From Craspedostauros australis (lineage: Eukaryota), in NCBI GenBank assembly GCA_030167865.1, contig JALAGF010004837.1, forward strand, positions 310,001 to 367,353: a DNA stretch of 57,353 bases. The letters are read 5' to 3'. The notes under the pieces are model-generated. The model saw only the letters and a program-made list of their open reading frames with translations. It had not been told where the DNA came from and did not search any database. This document shows, piece after piece, positions 1-12,176 of the stretch (positions are counted from its first letter, which is position 1; the number at the start of each line of letters is the position of its first letter). Position numbers and translations under genes: made by a program.

Positions 1-176
1 ATGAAACACAACATCGCATCTTCCAAATGCACACACATATAGTACTCGTGTACATACTTGTGCAAGCACATCCTATCAATGAAGCCCGTCAATATATGTA
101 TATTCCTCAATGACAAACACTCGACGCCCAAATCTCAACTCCATTCCGACTCTGCAGCGTATGGCATTGTACTCAC

Positions 177-1048
177 TTCGATGCGTACTCGTCGAACAGA
201 CTCTTGATGTAAGAATTGGAGGCACGCTCCACAGTTGCATCCGCCGTGACGGATGCCAGCATGTGCTTCGCGGCCTCGTTGTTTTCGTCGTACTGCAGTG
301 CCAACGAAAAGGCATGCGCCGCCATCTGCTGACAGTCGATTTCCTGATCCGGCGCATCCTCCATGGCGCATTTGCGTTCATCATCGGCCGTGAGACAGAG
401 ACCGATACGATACTGGATTTGCGACAGGATGGGCTCCGGATGTGCTGGTCGCTCAATGTCATCGTTGTCCATGTCCGTGAGCAAGGCATAGACCTGGTTG
501 TATGCCCACAGTGCGTCCTCTGGCAACTTGAGCTGATCGAACAGCACGGAGGCCATGTTCGCAAAGGCCGACCAGTGGTTTGGGTTGAGATCGATGGCGA
601 ACTTGTACCCCTGGATGGCGAGCTGCGGTTGCTGGGAGTCCTGGTACACCATGCCCAAATAGAAGGCCGACTGCGAGGCTATGTCCTTTGCCGACGAGAG
701 CATGTCGTTATCTACGATGTCCTCGATTTGTGCGAGATAGGTCGTGATGGCCTTCTTGTAGTGCACGGACGCGTCCTTGTTCATGCCCTGGGAGGAGAGT
801 GCCGTGCCCAGATTGCTGTGCAATGACATGATGGTGATCAAGGACTCGTCGTCCTCCACCAACGCGGAGATGCCGCTCTGATACAGCTTGACTGCATTAT
901 CCACCTGGTCGCTGACCAAGGCCTCGTCAGCCTCAGAAAGGTGCCTCTCTGCATCTGAGAATGCTTGGCACATGCCGCAATGTGATATCAATAGCATCGT
1001 TAGCAGAAGCAAACGGCGCACGCTGGTTGTCCAGGTGAATGCCGCCAT
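177..1048 (-). CDS. TPR-repeat protein with N-terminal signal peptide, probably a TPR + SAM-dependent methyltransferase (COG4976-like); first exon only, gene continues past the window start
   Basis: ATG at 1048; hydrophobic leader (LLLLTMLLISHCGMCQA); TPR helices (LHSNLGTALSSQG, AFYLGMVYQ, YKFAIDLNPNHWSAFANMA). Ends with AKHMLASV..ATVERASNSYIKSLFDEYAS, resembling the linker before the MTase domain in TPR-methyltransferases. Donor AA|GTGAGT at 177/176; no convincing acceptor within the window. Confidence 0.75.
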
Positions 1049-1589
1049 TGTGCGTTGGTACTTGGTGCTGTGTCGGTGCTACTCCTCTGCAGAACTTGAG
1101 TATCCGTCGAATGAAGGCCGACAGTGATGTCCGTGAATGATGAATGATGAGTGATGAGTGATGTCCGTGAATAGATAAGGATGAATGATGAATGATGGTG
1201 ATGTGATGTGAATTCTCGTCGTGACTGTGGTACGTGCGTTGGTGTGGGTGAACAGAGCGCGATGTGATGGTGATTGATGTGTTCCAAGACATTCCACGTG
1301 GAAGGTATCCATCAAGAATTTGCGGATGATCGGAGAAGCCCAGCGGCAAAGGATCGTCGCGCTCCTCCGCTGTCACACCAGCAGTGCTTACTCACCACAC
1401 ATTCACCAATTCCATTCTATTCGCCGCTCCATTCTGCTCTACTCTGCTCTACTCTCCTCTCCTCGACGCGAGTCTCCATCCAGAAGCGCCAGCAGAGGCT
1501 GCAACTATCATTAGTTGAAGGAATACTAGTGCCATAACCAGGGAGGCAGCGCAGCGACTGCAAAGCACAAAGCACAAAGCAGATCGCCA

Positions 1590-3248
1590 ATGATGCGCCG
1601 TCCATTCCGATCGCAATCTTTCGTTCGCATCGGACGAAGACTGCGTTCACCTCTGCCGCCGTCGTTTCTCACCATCGGAGGCAATGGCGGTATTGGCCGA
1701 TACGCAGCTCGGGCGCACGCTTCAAGCATCACGCTGCAACGAGCACCCCGGTTCTCTTCCTCAACATGCTCATCGTTCTTCTTTGACAACCACAGCGAGC
1801 GTCATCGCCGTTGCCAGCAGCGGCAGCAGCTGTTTCTGCAACCACGTCGGGATCTCTTCTCTGTTTCACATCCTGGTGGCAACAGTATACCAGTATCAGT
1901 ATCTGCAAGATCACAGACGCAATCGCGGCAACTTTCAACAACGCCAAAGGTTCCCAAGTACTTCAATCACGACCACCTATCATCCACCAAGATACTCTAC
2001 GCGAAACAGGATGCCGATCTTTCCGACGACGAGATGGAATTGAAGCAACTCCTTGCTGCCGCAGATGACATGATACAGGAATCCACGTCCCTGTCATTGA
2101 ATAGTGACGGCAATGACGACGACGACACAAAACGCCATCGCGAAGAGTATAGCAACATCCTGACGGACCTTTCCACGGTGTACCATGCATTGGAGGGATG
2201 GGATGAAGCGCTCATGGTGGAGCAGATCAATTCTTCGCATTACTTGTCAGACCGTTCCGACGAGTACGCCGACTCTATTCATAGACAAGGCAAGCTCACG
2301 CTGCGACTCGGGAAGATCGTGGCTGCGAGACGGCTGTACGAACAGGCGCTGCCCCATTACCAATCCAAGGATGACGACGATGTTGCTGGCGTCAATGACA
2401 GCGTGCAAATCGGGCACATCCAAATGTCTCTCGCGGGGTGCTTCTACTTCCAAGACGATCTGTCCCAGGCGCTGCAGCTTCTCAAAGACTCGGAACCGAA
2501 GCTCGAGGCCAATCCCATTCTACTCATGAAGAACCTGGACAACCAAGGGTTGATCTATCGTGAGATGGATGATTATGACACTGCCTTGGAGCGGTACCAG
2601 CAGGCATTGCAAGTTCTAATCGGCGGTTCCATCACGGATACCTTCGATTTCAACGTCACTCTGGAACAAGTACCGAAGGAACACCACGCACAAATCCAAA
2701 ACCTCCGCCTTCACATTGCAGATATGACGGCCGCCTGCAACGACCCGGAGACAGCGATCGATCTGTACATGGCGCTGTACGAATCGGTGGACGACCTGGC
2801 CCTGGAGGGTGTACTGCTCCACAACATGGCAGAGTTGCATGTGCGGATCGATCAGCCCATGGTGGCGTTGGACCACTACCGCTTGGCGATCCAGTGCAAG
2901 CAACAATCTGCCCTCATGGCAGCGAGAGGAGAGAACGTGCAGAACCCAGCCGGCGATGCAGCAACCAACGCGACATCCGCATCTGTCGTCACAGATGGCA
3001 TCATTGAGTGGGAGAAGACAGCCTCGCCCGAGCTGGTCAAATCCCTGGTGGGCATGGGTGCGCTGCAGGCGCGGATGGACCAGGCATCGGAGGCCATGGA
3101 GTCATGGCGGCACGCGCTCCTCATGGCGCGCATCGTGGCTGGCAACGACGTCGCTCATGATCCCCAAGTGCTGAACCTGATGCAAAGCATCGCTGCGCTG
3201 GAGAAGCAGCAGCGAATGAGCAAAGAAGAGAAAAAGGAAGGGCAATAG
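1590..3248 (+). CDS. TPR-repeat protein (552 aa) with Arg/Ser-rich, acid-poor N-terminus resembling a mitochondrial presequence
   Basis: Single long ORF from ATG; TPR-type helices (ADSIHRQGKLTLRLGKIVAARRLYEQAL, NLDNQGLIYREMDDYDTALERYQQAL, LLHNMAELH, VKSLVGMGAL). Head-to-head with the previous gene. Confidence 0.8.
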   Translation: MMRRPFRSQSFVRIGRRLRSPLPPSFLTIGGNGGIGRYAARAHASSITLQRAPRFSSSTCSSFFFDNHSERHRRCQQRQQLFLQPRRDLFSVSHPGGNSIPVSVSARSQTQSRQLSTTPKVPKYFNHDHLSSTKILYAKQDADLSDDEMELKQLLAAADDMIQESTSLSLNSDGNDDDDTKRHREEYSNILTDLSTVYHALEGWDEALMVEQINSSHYLSDRSDEYADSIHRQGKLTLRLGKIVAARRLYEQALPHYQSKDDDDVAGVNDSVQIGHIQMSLAGCFYFQDDLSQALQLLKDSEPKLEANPILLMKNLDNQGLIYREMDDYDTALERYQQALQVLIGGSITDTFDFNVTLEQVPKEHHAQIQNLRLHIADMTAACNDPETAIDLYMALYESVDDLALEGVLLHNMAELHVRIDQPMVALDHYRLAIQCKQQSALMAARGENVQNPAGDAATNATSASVVTDGIIEWEKTASPELVKSLVGMGALQARMDQASEAMESWRHALLMARIVAGNDVAHDPQVLNLMQSIAALEKQQRMSKEEKKEGQ

Positions 3249-4285
3249 TCTTCAGGTCCTTTGTGTGAGTACCCGTAGGAGTATCGTCTTTCGAATGTTC
3301 TCCTCGGCAAATCTGTCGAGTATTCCATTATTATCTCGTACCTGCGAGTACGAGTACTACTTGTACGAATCCTCCATTGATGTGGCCTCCCCGGGTGGCT
3401 CTGTGTTGCGCAAACAATACTATGCTTCGTCAGGCAAAGTCTCAATACCCCGAAGTCTCGATCAACAGAGCTGGATGGCGTCGAAGCAGAGTTGAAACAT
3501 CGCAGGTCATGTTGGCGAGACTGGCGACGAGTGGGGTGTCGGAACCTACGGGGGTGCTTTGATGGCTGTGTCCTCAAGGCACTGAAAAGGCTGGCGGATG
3601 GGGTGTTGGGGCTGTCGATGGACGAGCCCAAACGCGTCTTCATCTTCCGCATTGCATCGCATCGCATATCCAAGTACCAGTCCATAGGAGTACGATCAAG
3701 TCCACGAGTGCATGGAGGAGAGAATTTGTAGAGTACTCTTCGCCATGATGTTCATCTTGGTCGCAGCGAGGAGTTCACGCTCTTCGACCCCACGTTACGG
3801 AAGCTTCTGTCTTTTTGGTGTGGGGAGAGACGTGTTGATGCGTCGAGTTGTTGTGATGGATTGATGTGCCGATTGTGATTGGCTGAAATCGCTGCAAAAA
3901 GGTATCCAAACCTGCACTCTCTCTCGTGGACCCGAAGCGGGACTCTTTTTGTTCGTGAATAAGAGTGTCACGAACTCTCGCTGCACGAGAACCAACCAAA
4001 AATGCAATCACGTGTTTTTGCCACAGAGGACCCATCCAACCAACAACCGTTTCCACCCAACAGGCACTGATCGAGAGGCCATTCCTCTGCGCGTCGCACC
4101 GAACCCACAACACCCTCGGGCATCACAAATCGCCAGCAGCCAAAGCATCATCACAACACATCACACTACATCACATCACAACCAGAACAGGGTCCCAGCA
4201 CTCTCTGACTGACCGATTGAGCATTCCACAGTTCTCTGATCCAATATACATCACCCTGACAGAGTCCACTGCTCTCTAGTTGACC

Positions 4286-5824
4286 ATGTACAACGGCATC
4301 GGCCTCGCATCGGTCCGCGGAACGGCCACGAGCGGCCACGTCCAGGCCAACCGAGGATATATCAAGGCTTCGCGATCCCGCCGTCACAAGCAACGCAATG
4401 TGGCGCAGCTGTCGCAGCCGTTCAACCCCGTGTCCGCCGATGCGAGGGAGAAGGGGAACAAGGAGATCCAACGCCATCAGCAGATGCGCCAGCTGGAGAG
4501 CAAGCTGCTGGTCATGCGGGAGAATCTGGAGGACGACCGCTCTCTGACGGAAGATCAGATCGAGAAGCGCATCGACGAGGAACGGCAGCGCGTGCTCGGC
4601 AATTGGAAGGCCGAGGAGGAGCGCCGGGAGAGGGCGCGTGCTCTTCGCGAGGAGCAACGGCAGGCCGCGAAGGGCGACGAGGCGGAAGACAAGGAGCAGG
4701 GAGATGATCAAGATCGCCGCCAAGGTCGTGGGCGTGCCTTTCAGCGTGGTCCCGGTCGCAAGGAATCCAAGGAGGCTCGTCAGATGCAGCGATCGAGCAA
4801 GAACACGCACATGACCGCCAAGTACAAGGCCGACGAGAACGAGCGTCTTCGCGATGCTCTCCAAATCGATGGCGACCGCCACGTGGAGGGCGTGGCATTC
4901 GACAGGGAGCTGCAGGATAAGAAGAAGGCGGAGAAGCAGGCAGCGAAGCTCAAGCTCGAGAAGGAGGCCAAGAAGGCCAAGAAACGCGAGAAGAAGCTCC
5001 TCAAAAAGCAGAAGAAGCTCGCAAAGAAGAAGGCCAAGAAGGAGAAGAAGAAGCTGCGTGCGAAGAGCCGCGGCCGATCAAAGAAGCGACGCAGCCGCTC
5101 TTCGTCATCGTCACGAAGCGGCAGCTCGCGCAGCTACGACTCCCGCAGTTATTCGTCGGACGGTTCGTCGCGGTCACGCGGCAGATCGTATTCCTCCAAC
5201 TCGCGTTCTGCATATTCGTCACGCAGCGATGCATCCATGGAGTCCCGCGACGACCGCAGGAACAAGCGCAAGGACGCTGTCAAGGGCGACGAACGCAAGA
5301 CGCGATCTCGTTCAAGGTCCAGGTCCGACTCTCGGTCTCGATCCACCTCCAGCTCCCGAAGCGGCTCGTCGCGTTCGTACTCGTCCAATGATTCCAGACG
5401 CAAGTCTTCGTCCCCTCCAAGCAAAAAGGCCGACAAGTCGCCATCATCGTCATCCAAGACGACCAAGCTCACCAAGGATCAGCCACCCAAGGAGATCAAG
5501 GTCGATCGCAAGGAACAGGAAGACGCAAAGAGGAAGGGCGCACCAAAATCTGCAAAGGTGGAGGAATCGAAGTCGCCGAAGCGACGCGGACGATCGCCTT
5601 CCGCATCGGACAGCGAAAGCAGCGCCAGTTCCAGACGTCCGCGCAAAAGGGCCCGATCGAAACGTGACGAATCCCCATCGTCACGGTCCAGATCGAGCTA
5701 CTCCTCCTCCGGATCCTCGGACGGCGGTGGCTCCATGTCTTCGCGATCCGCCTCCAGCAGAAGCACGGCCTCCAGTGCGAGCCGCGGCAAGCGCAAGTCG
5801 AAGGGAAAGAAGTCCAGATCCTGA
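4286..5824 (+). CDS. CWC21: Pre-mRNA splicing factor Cwc21/cwf21 (SRRM2-like) with Lys-rich and RS-rich tail
   Basis: Diagnostic N-terminus MYNGIGLASVRGTATSGHVQAN (ATG at 4286, not the TTG at 4280); cwf21 domain (EIQRHQQMRQLESKLLVMRENLED..EDQIEKRIDEER); HxxAxxKxxENERLRDAL..EGVAFDRELQ motif; long RS region. Confidence 0.93.
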   Translation: MYNGIGLASVRGTATSGHVQANRGYIKASRSRRHKQRNVAQLSQPFNPVSADAREKGNKEIQRHQQMRQLESKLLVMRENLEDDRSLTEDQIEKRIDEERQRVLGNWKAEEERRERARALREEQRQAAKGDEAEDKEQGDDQDRRQGRGRAFQRGPGRKESKEARQMQRSSKNTHMTAKYKADENERLRDALQIDGDRHVEGVAFDRELQDKKKAEKQAAKLKLEKEAKKAKKREKKLLKKQKKLAKKKAKKEKKKLRAKSRGRSKKRRSRSSSSSRSGSSRSYDSRSYSSDGSSRSRGRSYSSNSRSAYSSRSDASMESRDDRRNKRKDAVKGDERKTRSRSRSRSDSRSRSTSSSRSGSSRSYSSNDSRRKSSSPPSKKADKSPSSSSKTTKLTKDQPPKEIKVDRKEQEDAKRKGAPKSAKVEESKSPKRRGRSPSASDSESSASSRRPRKRARSKRDESPSSRSRSSYSSSGSSDGGGSMSSRSASSRSTASSASRGKRKSKGKKSRS

Positions 5825-6274
5825 GCTCGTGGTGGAATGCAAGCTCAGTTCAATTGCTGGCACGCGGAAAGCCAGCTGTGTGGCAACAAGGAATGGCTTC
5901 CAGATTTGCAATTATCAAATGGTGCTCCCGCGATTCATCACACCACGCTTGATGGTCTTTCAGTGGACACTGTTGTAAGGTCTAAAAAGAAGATTTATTG
6001 TGAACGAGCGCCGAGGGGTGCGATCCAGCAGCGCTTTGGGCTGTGCTGCTACTTGTGATCTGTGATAGATTTCCATTGGTATGGTCGAACAAATAGAATT
6101 TGATGTCCAATCTTGCAGCAGCACTCATCTCTCCAGCAGAGCCAGCTCAACGAATTTATAACATGGACTTCACACAGGCCAAGGTGGCTGGGGATTGTTG
6201 TTGTTGTTGAAGATGGTGGGCGCCCTCTGAGGTGTGAATGCGCAGGATGAGATCATATATACCCGTACGCCGAG

Positions 6275-8194
6275 TTAGATACGGATCTGGTAGTTTCCTG
6301 CCTTCGTGATATACCGCACCCAACGATTGGTGTGGTAACCGGACTTATCGTAGACCCTCAAGAATCGGACGTGGACGCCGCTGGCGGTGAACATGGGGAC
6401 TTGGAATTCGGCATTGATCGGCGGTCTGCTCCATGGCTTTGGTCGCACGGTCGGCATGAGGTCGACATCTGCCTGGATGTGGCATTCGGCCTTTCCTGGG
6501 AATCGCTTAACGCGCCACACGATTGCCTGCTGCTCTGGTTCGTACTTGGCTCTGCCGAAGGTGAACTTCATCTTTGTCTTTGCTGTGTTCTTTGGCACCG
6601 GGATCTTGATGACGACGTGAGTGGCGTAGAGCTGATCGGAGAAGTTGGCAATGATCTTCAGGTGGATAGAAACCCTGCGCGTCATCGAATAGTGTTCATT
6701 TGGAGCCATGCGTTGCGCATTGTGCGCAGTACATGATGTGTTGAGAAGTGGAAAGAGTGAGGACGTATGCGTGCTCATGTGCATGTACATGAATGGGAAG
6801 GTAGTTCTCATGATGGACATGACGATGGTCATACAGAGCTTGCAAAATGCAAATGAACTCGCAATCACACACGCACAGAGTACTCGAATGAACAAGGCAA
6901 CTTGAAGGCATTGCTGCTGTTCTCGCTGTTGATGCAGGACTGCTGGCCTTTCAAATGCAAACACTCCACAAAACAACCCACGTATGCAAGCAAGGAAGCA
7001 AGCGAACAACCAATAGTCATACAGTTTGGTTGTCCACTTACTTCGTCATGCCCTGCTCTTCCGTGACGGCCGGGACGATGCGGAAGGGCAGGTTGATGTT
7101 GTCGGTGACGCGGTAATGCATCAATTCGAATTCTCCGTCTGGGGGGATGAATGTGATGGTGCGGTCGGCATCGAATTTCCCCAGTCGCACGCATCGGTGG
7201 AAGGTGCAGTCATCGATTTCCACGCCGGGCTTGCGCTGGCCTTCCTTCTCAATGACGAGCTTGTCGTTCAATCCGAACTTGCACTCTGGCATTCCGGTGA
7301 GTTTTGTGTTCATGAGGACCCCGCCCGTGACCTCGTTTCGCAGGATGTTGCCGGTGCTGGAGAGCAGGAGATTGACGCTCTCGAGCACGTCGATGTAGAC
7401 CTCATTCTTTTTGTGACGGATTCCCTCGCGACGCCAGTCGATGGCTCCCGTGATCTGACTGGTGAGCTGCGAGGGCTCCGGCTCGTCCTCCGGTTTGACA
7501 CTGCCGAAGTTGATGTAGAGGCGCAGGACGTCGACGGCACAGTTCTGCGGGTATCCAAAGTCCATGGTCTCGTCCATGAGCTCGTAGATCAAGGTCATGT
7601 TGTTGCGCATGGCATTCTCATCGAATTCGTCTCCGAGGTATCCCTTCAAGATCTTGATGAGCTGAAAGAGGTATTCCAAGACGAGGGCAGGGTTGACGTT
7701 GGATCTGGTGAGTGCGACGAAGAACATGTTGAGGTGGCGTGTGTAGAGGAAGGAGCAGTTCTCGATGCGCTTGACCGGTGCTTCCGTTCCTGTTTCCTTG
7801 GTCGCGATGACCTGCAATCGGAAGGTGTCCGCAGCTGCTCTGTTGACATCATCTCTGGGAATGTGATGTGAATGTGGCAGATTGTAGTTGTATTGAGTAT
7901 AGTAGTTGCGTTGAACAGTTGTGTCAGAGTGCAGAGAAGAGTGGGTTGAATTAGATTTGAATAGAATAGAGTAGGCAAGGGTCATCCAATAGGTTGCGAA
8001 TGAGGAGGATAGGCGAGTATGTGTGCATGTATGTGTGCATGTATGCCATGTGCGTTGATGCAACCCAGATGAGAGGCTCCCACGCAAAGAATGCGAGACG
8101 CGAACATTCACAAACAACGGAACATGACATACCTGTACTGTCGGGAGATCATAATGTCTCCCTTGTGGTTGAGGATCATGATCATGGAAATCAT
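6275..8194 (-). CDS. AP2M1: AP-2 adaptor complex subunit mu (424 aa, 3 exons)
   Basis: Exons 8194-8133, 7854-7042, 6674-6275 (1275 nt, in frame, GT-AG introns). MISMIMILNHKGDIMISRQYRDDV; IYELMDETMDFGYPQN; ITGAIDWRREGIRHKKNEVYIDVLE; GMPECKFGLNDK; FHRCVRL..FIPPDGEFELM; FTASGVHVRFLRV..WVRYITKAGNYQIRI. Confidence 0.96.
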
Positions 8195-8396
8195 GGTGTC
8201 TGTTACTGTTGTTGTTGTGGATGTGGATGCAGACCTGTTTGTTGCGATTCGCCTGTGAAATGGTCAGCGTGGGGTAGTGTGTCTCTTGTTGTACATGCAC
8301 GACTATTGGTGGAGTATCTCGATTGATGACCTCTCCTGAATGGCTCGCGGGTCGGCGAAGAGGACGACGGCTGAATGATGTTGGGTATAGTATCCT

Positions 8397-8451
8397 CGTT
8401 ATCGTTATCGTTATCGTTGTCCTGTCTTGTCTTGTCTTGTCTTGTCTTGTC
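8397..8451 (+). repeat. Compound microsatellite (CGTTAT)3 followed by (TGTCT)5
   Basis: Directly visible tandem repeats upstream of the AP-2 mu start. Confidence 0.85.
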
Positions 8452-9566
8452 ACACGAGTATCAATGTTGGTAACCAAGAGATCAAGGGTGTTGGTGGAGT
8501 ACTCGTATTCTGCCTCTGTCTTCGGTGGATCCTGCTGCTGTCACTGCCGTTGCCGTCGCTGTCGCTGTCGATGTTGGCATCAATGGTGTTCGTACCCTCA
8601 CGAGCGTTCTTGCTGCTTCTTGCTGTTGGGGTTGTCTCGCGATCTGCTTCCAACAACTTCGCCCTCTCTCTCTCCTGTGTTGTCCTCAACCGCTGCGTCC
8701 ACCTGCGCACTGTTGTCCGTATCATCGCGCCTTTCCGTGTGGATCCGGAAGGCGTCCAGCACATCGCGACACGCTGAGACACTCATTTTCCCTGTTGCTG
8801 TACGTAAGTACACAAATAGCCCCATATCAAAGCGCGTGGCTAGATAAATGACAGACGTTAAGAACGTTACGCTAGTCCTTCTGTTTGTCTTTTTACCGAA
8901 ATGACTTTTTGTGTGACATCGACCGTTGATTTTGCCACGTGATGAGTTGGCGAACGAGGAGAACCGAGCTTGGGTGCTTCTGTGCAATGTCGTCCCGACA
9001 TCGACAGACAAAACACACATGAACCAAGCACCACGAGTGAACACGACAAGCTGCAGATCACGACAGAACGTCACGAGTCGAAAGCAACAGAGAGTTCTCG
9101 TACTGTGGCGATTGTGCGCGTGTGCGCGTGTGTGTGTGTTGTGTGTCGAAGATCGGTCACAAGTGCAATGGTGGTGTCCGTACGTACTGATACTGATACC
9201 GATAGCAGTACCACACCAGTGAGGAAGACTTTGACAAGAACCCAGAACGAGAAAACAAGAAAGCAAGCGGCGGTCACTCTTTTGTTCCCAACCGCACGCA
9301 ACACCAAAGGGATTGGAAAGTGTTGTCGTTGTCATCAACATCAACGTCAACAACGACATCCATCCGCCACACCACTGCCACTTGTAGTCGTATGCTTCGC
9401 AATACTCTGCGACAATAACACTATCACCCGTACGTTGCTAGTCGCACCCATTGGTATAATATCATCAAGATTGATACTGTTGGACCAAGAACATTGCACG
9501 ACGTCAGCTCATTGATTCCATTGAGTGAATCAACAACGAACAAGCAACGACACGAGTGCAGTCACA

Positions 9567-11832
9567 ATGATGGGCTCCATCGAATTGGACACATCGGTTG
9601 AGACCGACATGGCTGTCACCAACATGCAGCATGCTGATTCTGAGAAGGACGACAAGCTTGACAACAAGCTTGACAACAAGCTTGATACGCATGGGGATTC
9701 CGACACTGAAGCAGACACTGACAGCGATAATGACAATGACAGCGACAGTTGTGCCCACAAGGATGACCCCAGCGACCATGAGGATGGCAACATAGACAAC
9801 AACGACGACAAACACAACGACGACGGCCAAGACAGCCTGCGAAACTCAGTTGTGCTGTGGACGACGCTGGTCGCCGTTGCCTTGGTGTCTGCCGTGCTGA
9901 TGCAGCTGCATGCCGATGCTCAGTTGGCGGAGGAGGAAGGAGACACCTCCTTCTTATCCGCCACCTCCCAGGAGATCAACTCCACACTGCGACGGCTGGC
10001 ATCGGGGGAACGCTACTCCGCCGCGACAAACCCGGAGGCGCACCACCAGCAGCAAACCTACGACCAGACGTCGCAGATGGACGAGCCGCCCTACCAGTTC
10101 GGCCAGTCGCCCAACCCCATCTTCAATGAGGACCATGACCCGCTCTTCCCGCTCAAGCCAAGCGATTACATCGGCTTCACCTTTGCCACTCTGGGCCTCA
10201 TGATCGCGGCTGGCGGCGGCATCGGCGGAGGAGGCATCCTGGTCCCCATCTACATCCTCATCTTCGGATTCTCGCCCAAGCACGCCATCCCCTTGTCCAA
10301 CGTCACCGTCCTTGGCGGCGCCATCGCCAACACCCTCCTCAACTCGCGCAAACGCCACCCTCTGGCAGACCGCCCGATGGTGGATTGGGACCTCATCCTC
10401 GTCATGGAGCCCCTCACCATCGCGGGCGCCCTCATCGGTGCCTTCTGCAACAAGGTCCTTCCGGAGACCTTCCTCGTCGTCATGCTCGTCATCCTCCTCG
10501 GTTTCACGGCGCAAAAGTCGCTCTCCAAGGCCTTCAAGATGTACCGCGCCGAGTCGGCCTTCCTGCGTCAGCAGCAGGGGATCAAGACGGATGGCAGCAA
10601 GGAGAGCGAGCTAACCAAGATCACCCACAGCAGCGACGGCGAAGACGAAGAAGAGGCGGAGGACGAGCTCCTCAAGAATGCCGAGCTGCAGGAACCAGAT
10701 GGCGACGATCCAGCCGACTCGTATCGCATGGTTCTCGACGACACGCAGGCGCTGGAACTGCAAGAGATCCTGCAGGCCGAACGCGACGTGCCGATCCTCA
10801 ACATCTTCGTTCTCGTCGCCATGTTCTCAGTCATCATCCTCGTCAACCTCCTCAAGGGCGGCGGGGCCTTCCCATCTCCGCTCGGCATCACCTGCGGATC
10901 CACGGCCTTCTGGCTATCCAACGCATTCATGATCGCATGGATCCTCCTCGTCAGCGTCTTTGTCCGGTTGCATCTCATTCACAAGTTCGAACGTAAGCAA
11001 TGGTGCAAGTACCAGTACGTCGAGGGGGACATCAAATGGGATCATCGCTCCACCATCGTCTATCCCGCCGTCTGTTGTCTGGCGGGATTCTTCGCGGGCA
11101 TGTTCGGGATTGGTAAGTGCGCAATCAGTGCGACGGTTTGTACACAGTGCATGTGTGCACAATAACTGTGCAGAGTACATGTGCGTATGCGTTTGTCAAT
11201 CTTGGTGGGGCGTACAGTGGAATGGGGTGATCGGTGTGGTGCGGTGCGGTGCAGCCTGGTGTCCACAAATGCGCAAACACGCACTCTTCTCTATTCATTC
11301 GTTCATTCTTCTTGTGGTGCGTTATGCTTTGTGGCTCACTTCTTACCTCTTATCATTCATCACGTCGCGTTGCCATCCGATTTACACATCCATCAATTCG
11401 TTCGTTTAATTGCATCGCGATACTTGCTCATCCACATACAAATGTATCTTGCGTTGCTTACGTTCCATAGGCGGAGGAATCGTCAAGGGACCGCTCATGC
11501 TGGCAATGGGCGTGCATCCTGCAGTCTCGTCGGCGTCATCCGCCTGCATGATCCTCTTCACCAGCTTCACGGCGACAACCTCCTTTATCGTCTTTGGACT
11601 GCTCATTCCGGATTACGCCGCCATCTGCTTCACGATTGGCGTCATCGCCACCTTCTTCGGTCAGATAGGCCTCGGATACCTCATGCGCAGGTCAAAACGC
11701 AATTCCTACATCGCCTTCTCCATCGGCGGCGTCGTCTTCCTCAGCGCGATACTCATGACGATCCAGTCGATCCTGGGGATGGCAGAGGGTGAACAGCATT
11801 CCTCTGGCGGGATCTGTGGTCAGGATCAGTGA
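9567..11832 (+). CDS. Sulfite exporter TauE/SafE (TSUP) family membrane protein (635 aa, 2 exons) with acidic N-terminal extension
   Basis: Exons 9567-11112 and 11471-11832 (G|GTAAGT ... CATAG|GC, in frame). Two TauE half-repeats: AAGGGIGGGGILVPIY..KHAIPLSNVTVLGG..RHP..RPMVDWDLILVMEPLTIAGALIG, and AGMFGIGGGIVKGPLMLAMGVHPAVSSASSACMILFTS. Confidence 0.92.
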
Positions 11833-12176
11833 TGACATGGCATATGGGAAGGCATGGAATGCAATGGAATGGAATACTATCATGCGCTACTATTTAGGCT
11901 GCCTACATACCTCTTCTGCAGGCTACGGAAGAACAGCGACGGCATGGCGATTGCACACATTCACAGTTGCAATGCTCTGTCGCAATCATTCGCGGACATT
12001 CAACAATAAAATCGGATACACTCTGCTCTCTAGACCAATACAGGTTAATCATTCTACTCCACCATTTGCAGGACCATACATGCATCCAAGTCAAATGCCC
12101 CAATACTCGCTGCAACTCGAAGAAGAGAGCAACCATTGCAGTTTCCGCCCAGCAAAGCATGGGACCCCGCCATCCT

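Noticed and set aside
947-1048. Signal peptide ending CQA-F, reminiscent of the diatom ASAFAP plastid-targeting motif
   Set aside because: The residues after Phe (SDAERHLSEADE) are acidic, unlike a transit peptide; only a generic signal peptide is supported.
4854-5978. 374-aa Arg/Pro-rich alternative-frame ORF within CWC21
   Set aside because: Off-frame reading of the Lys/RS low-complexity region.
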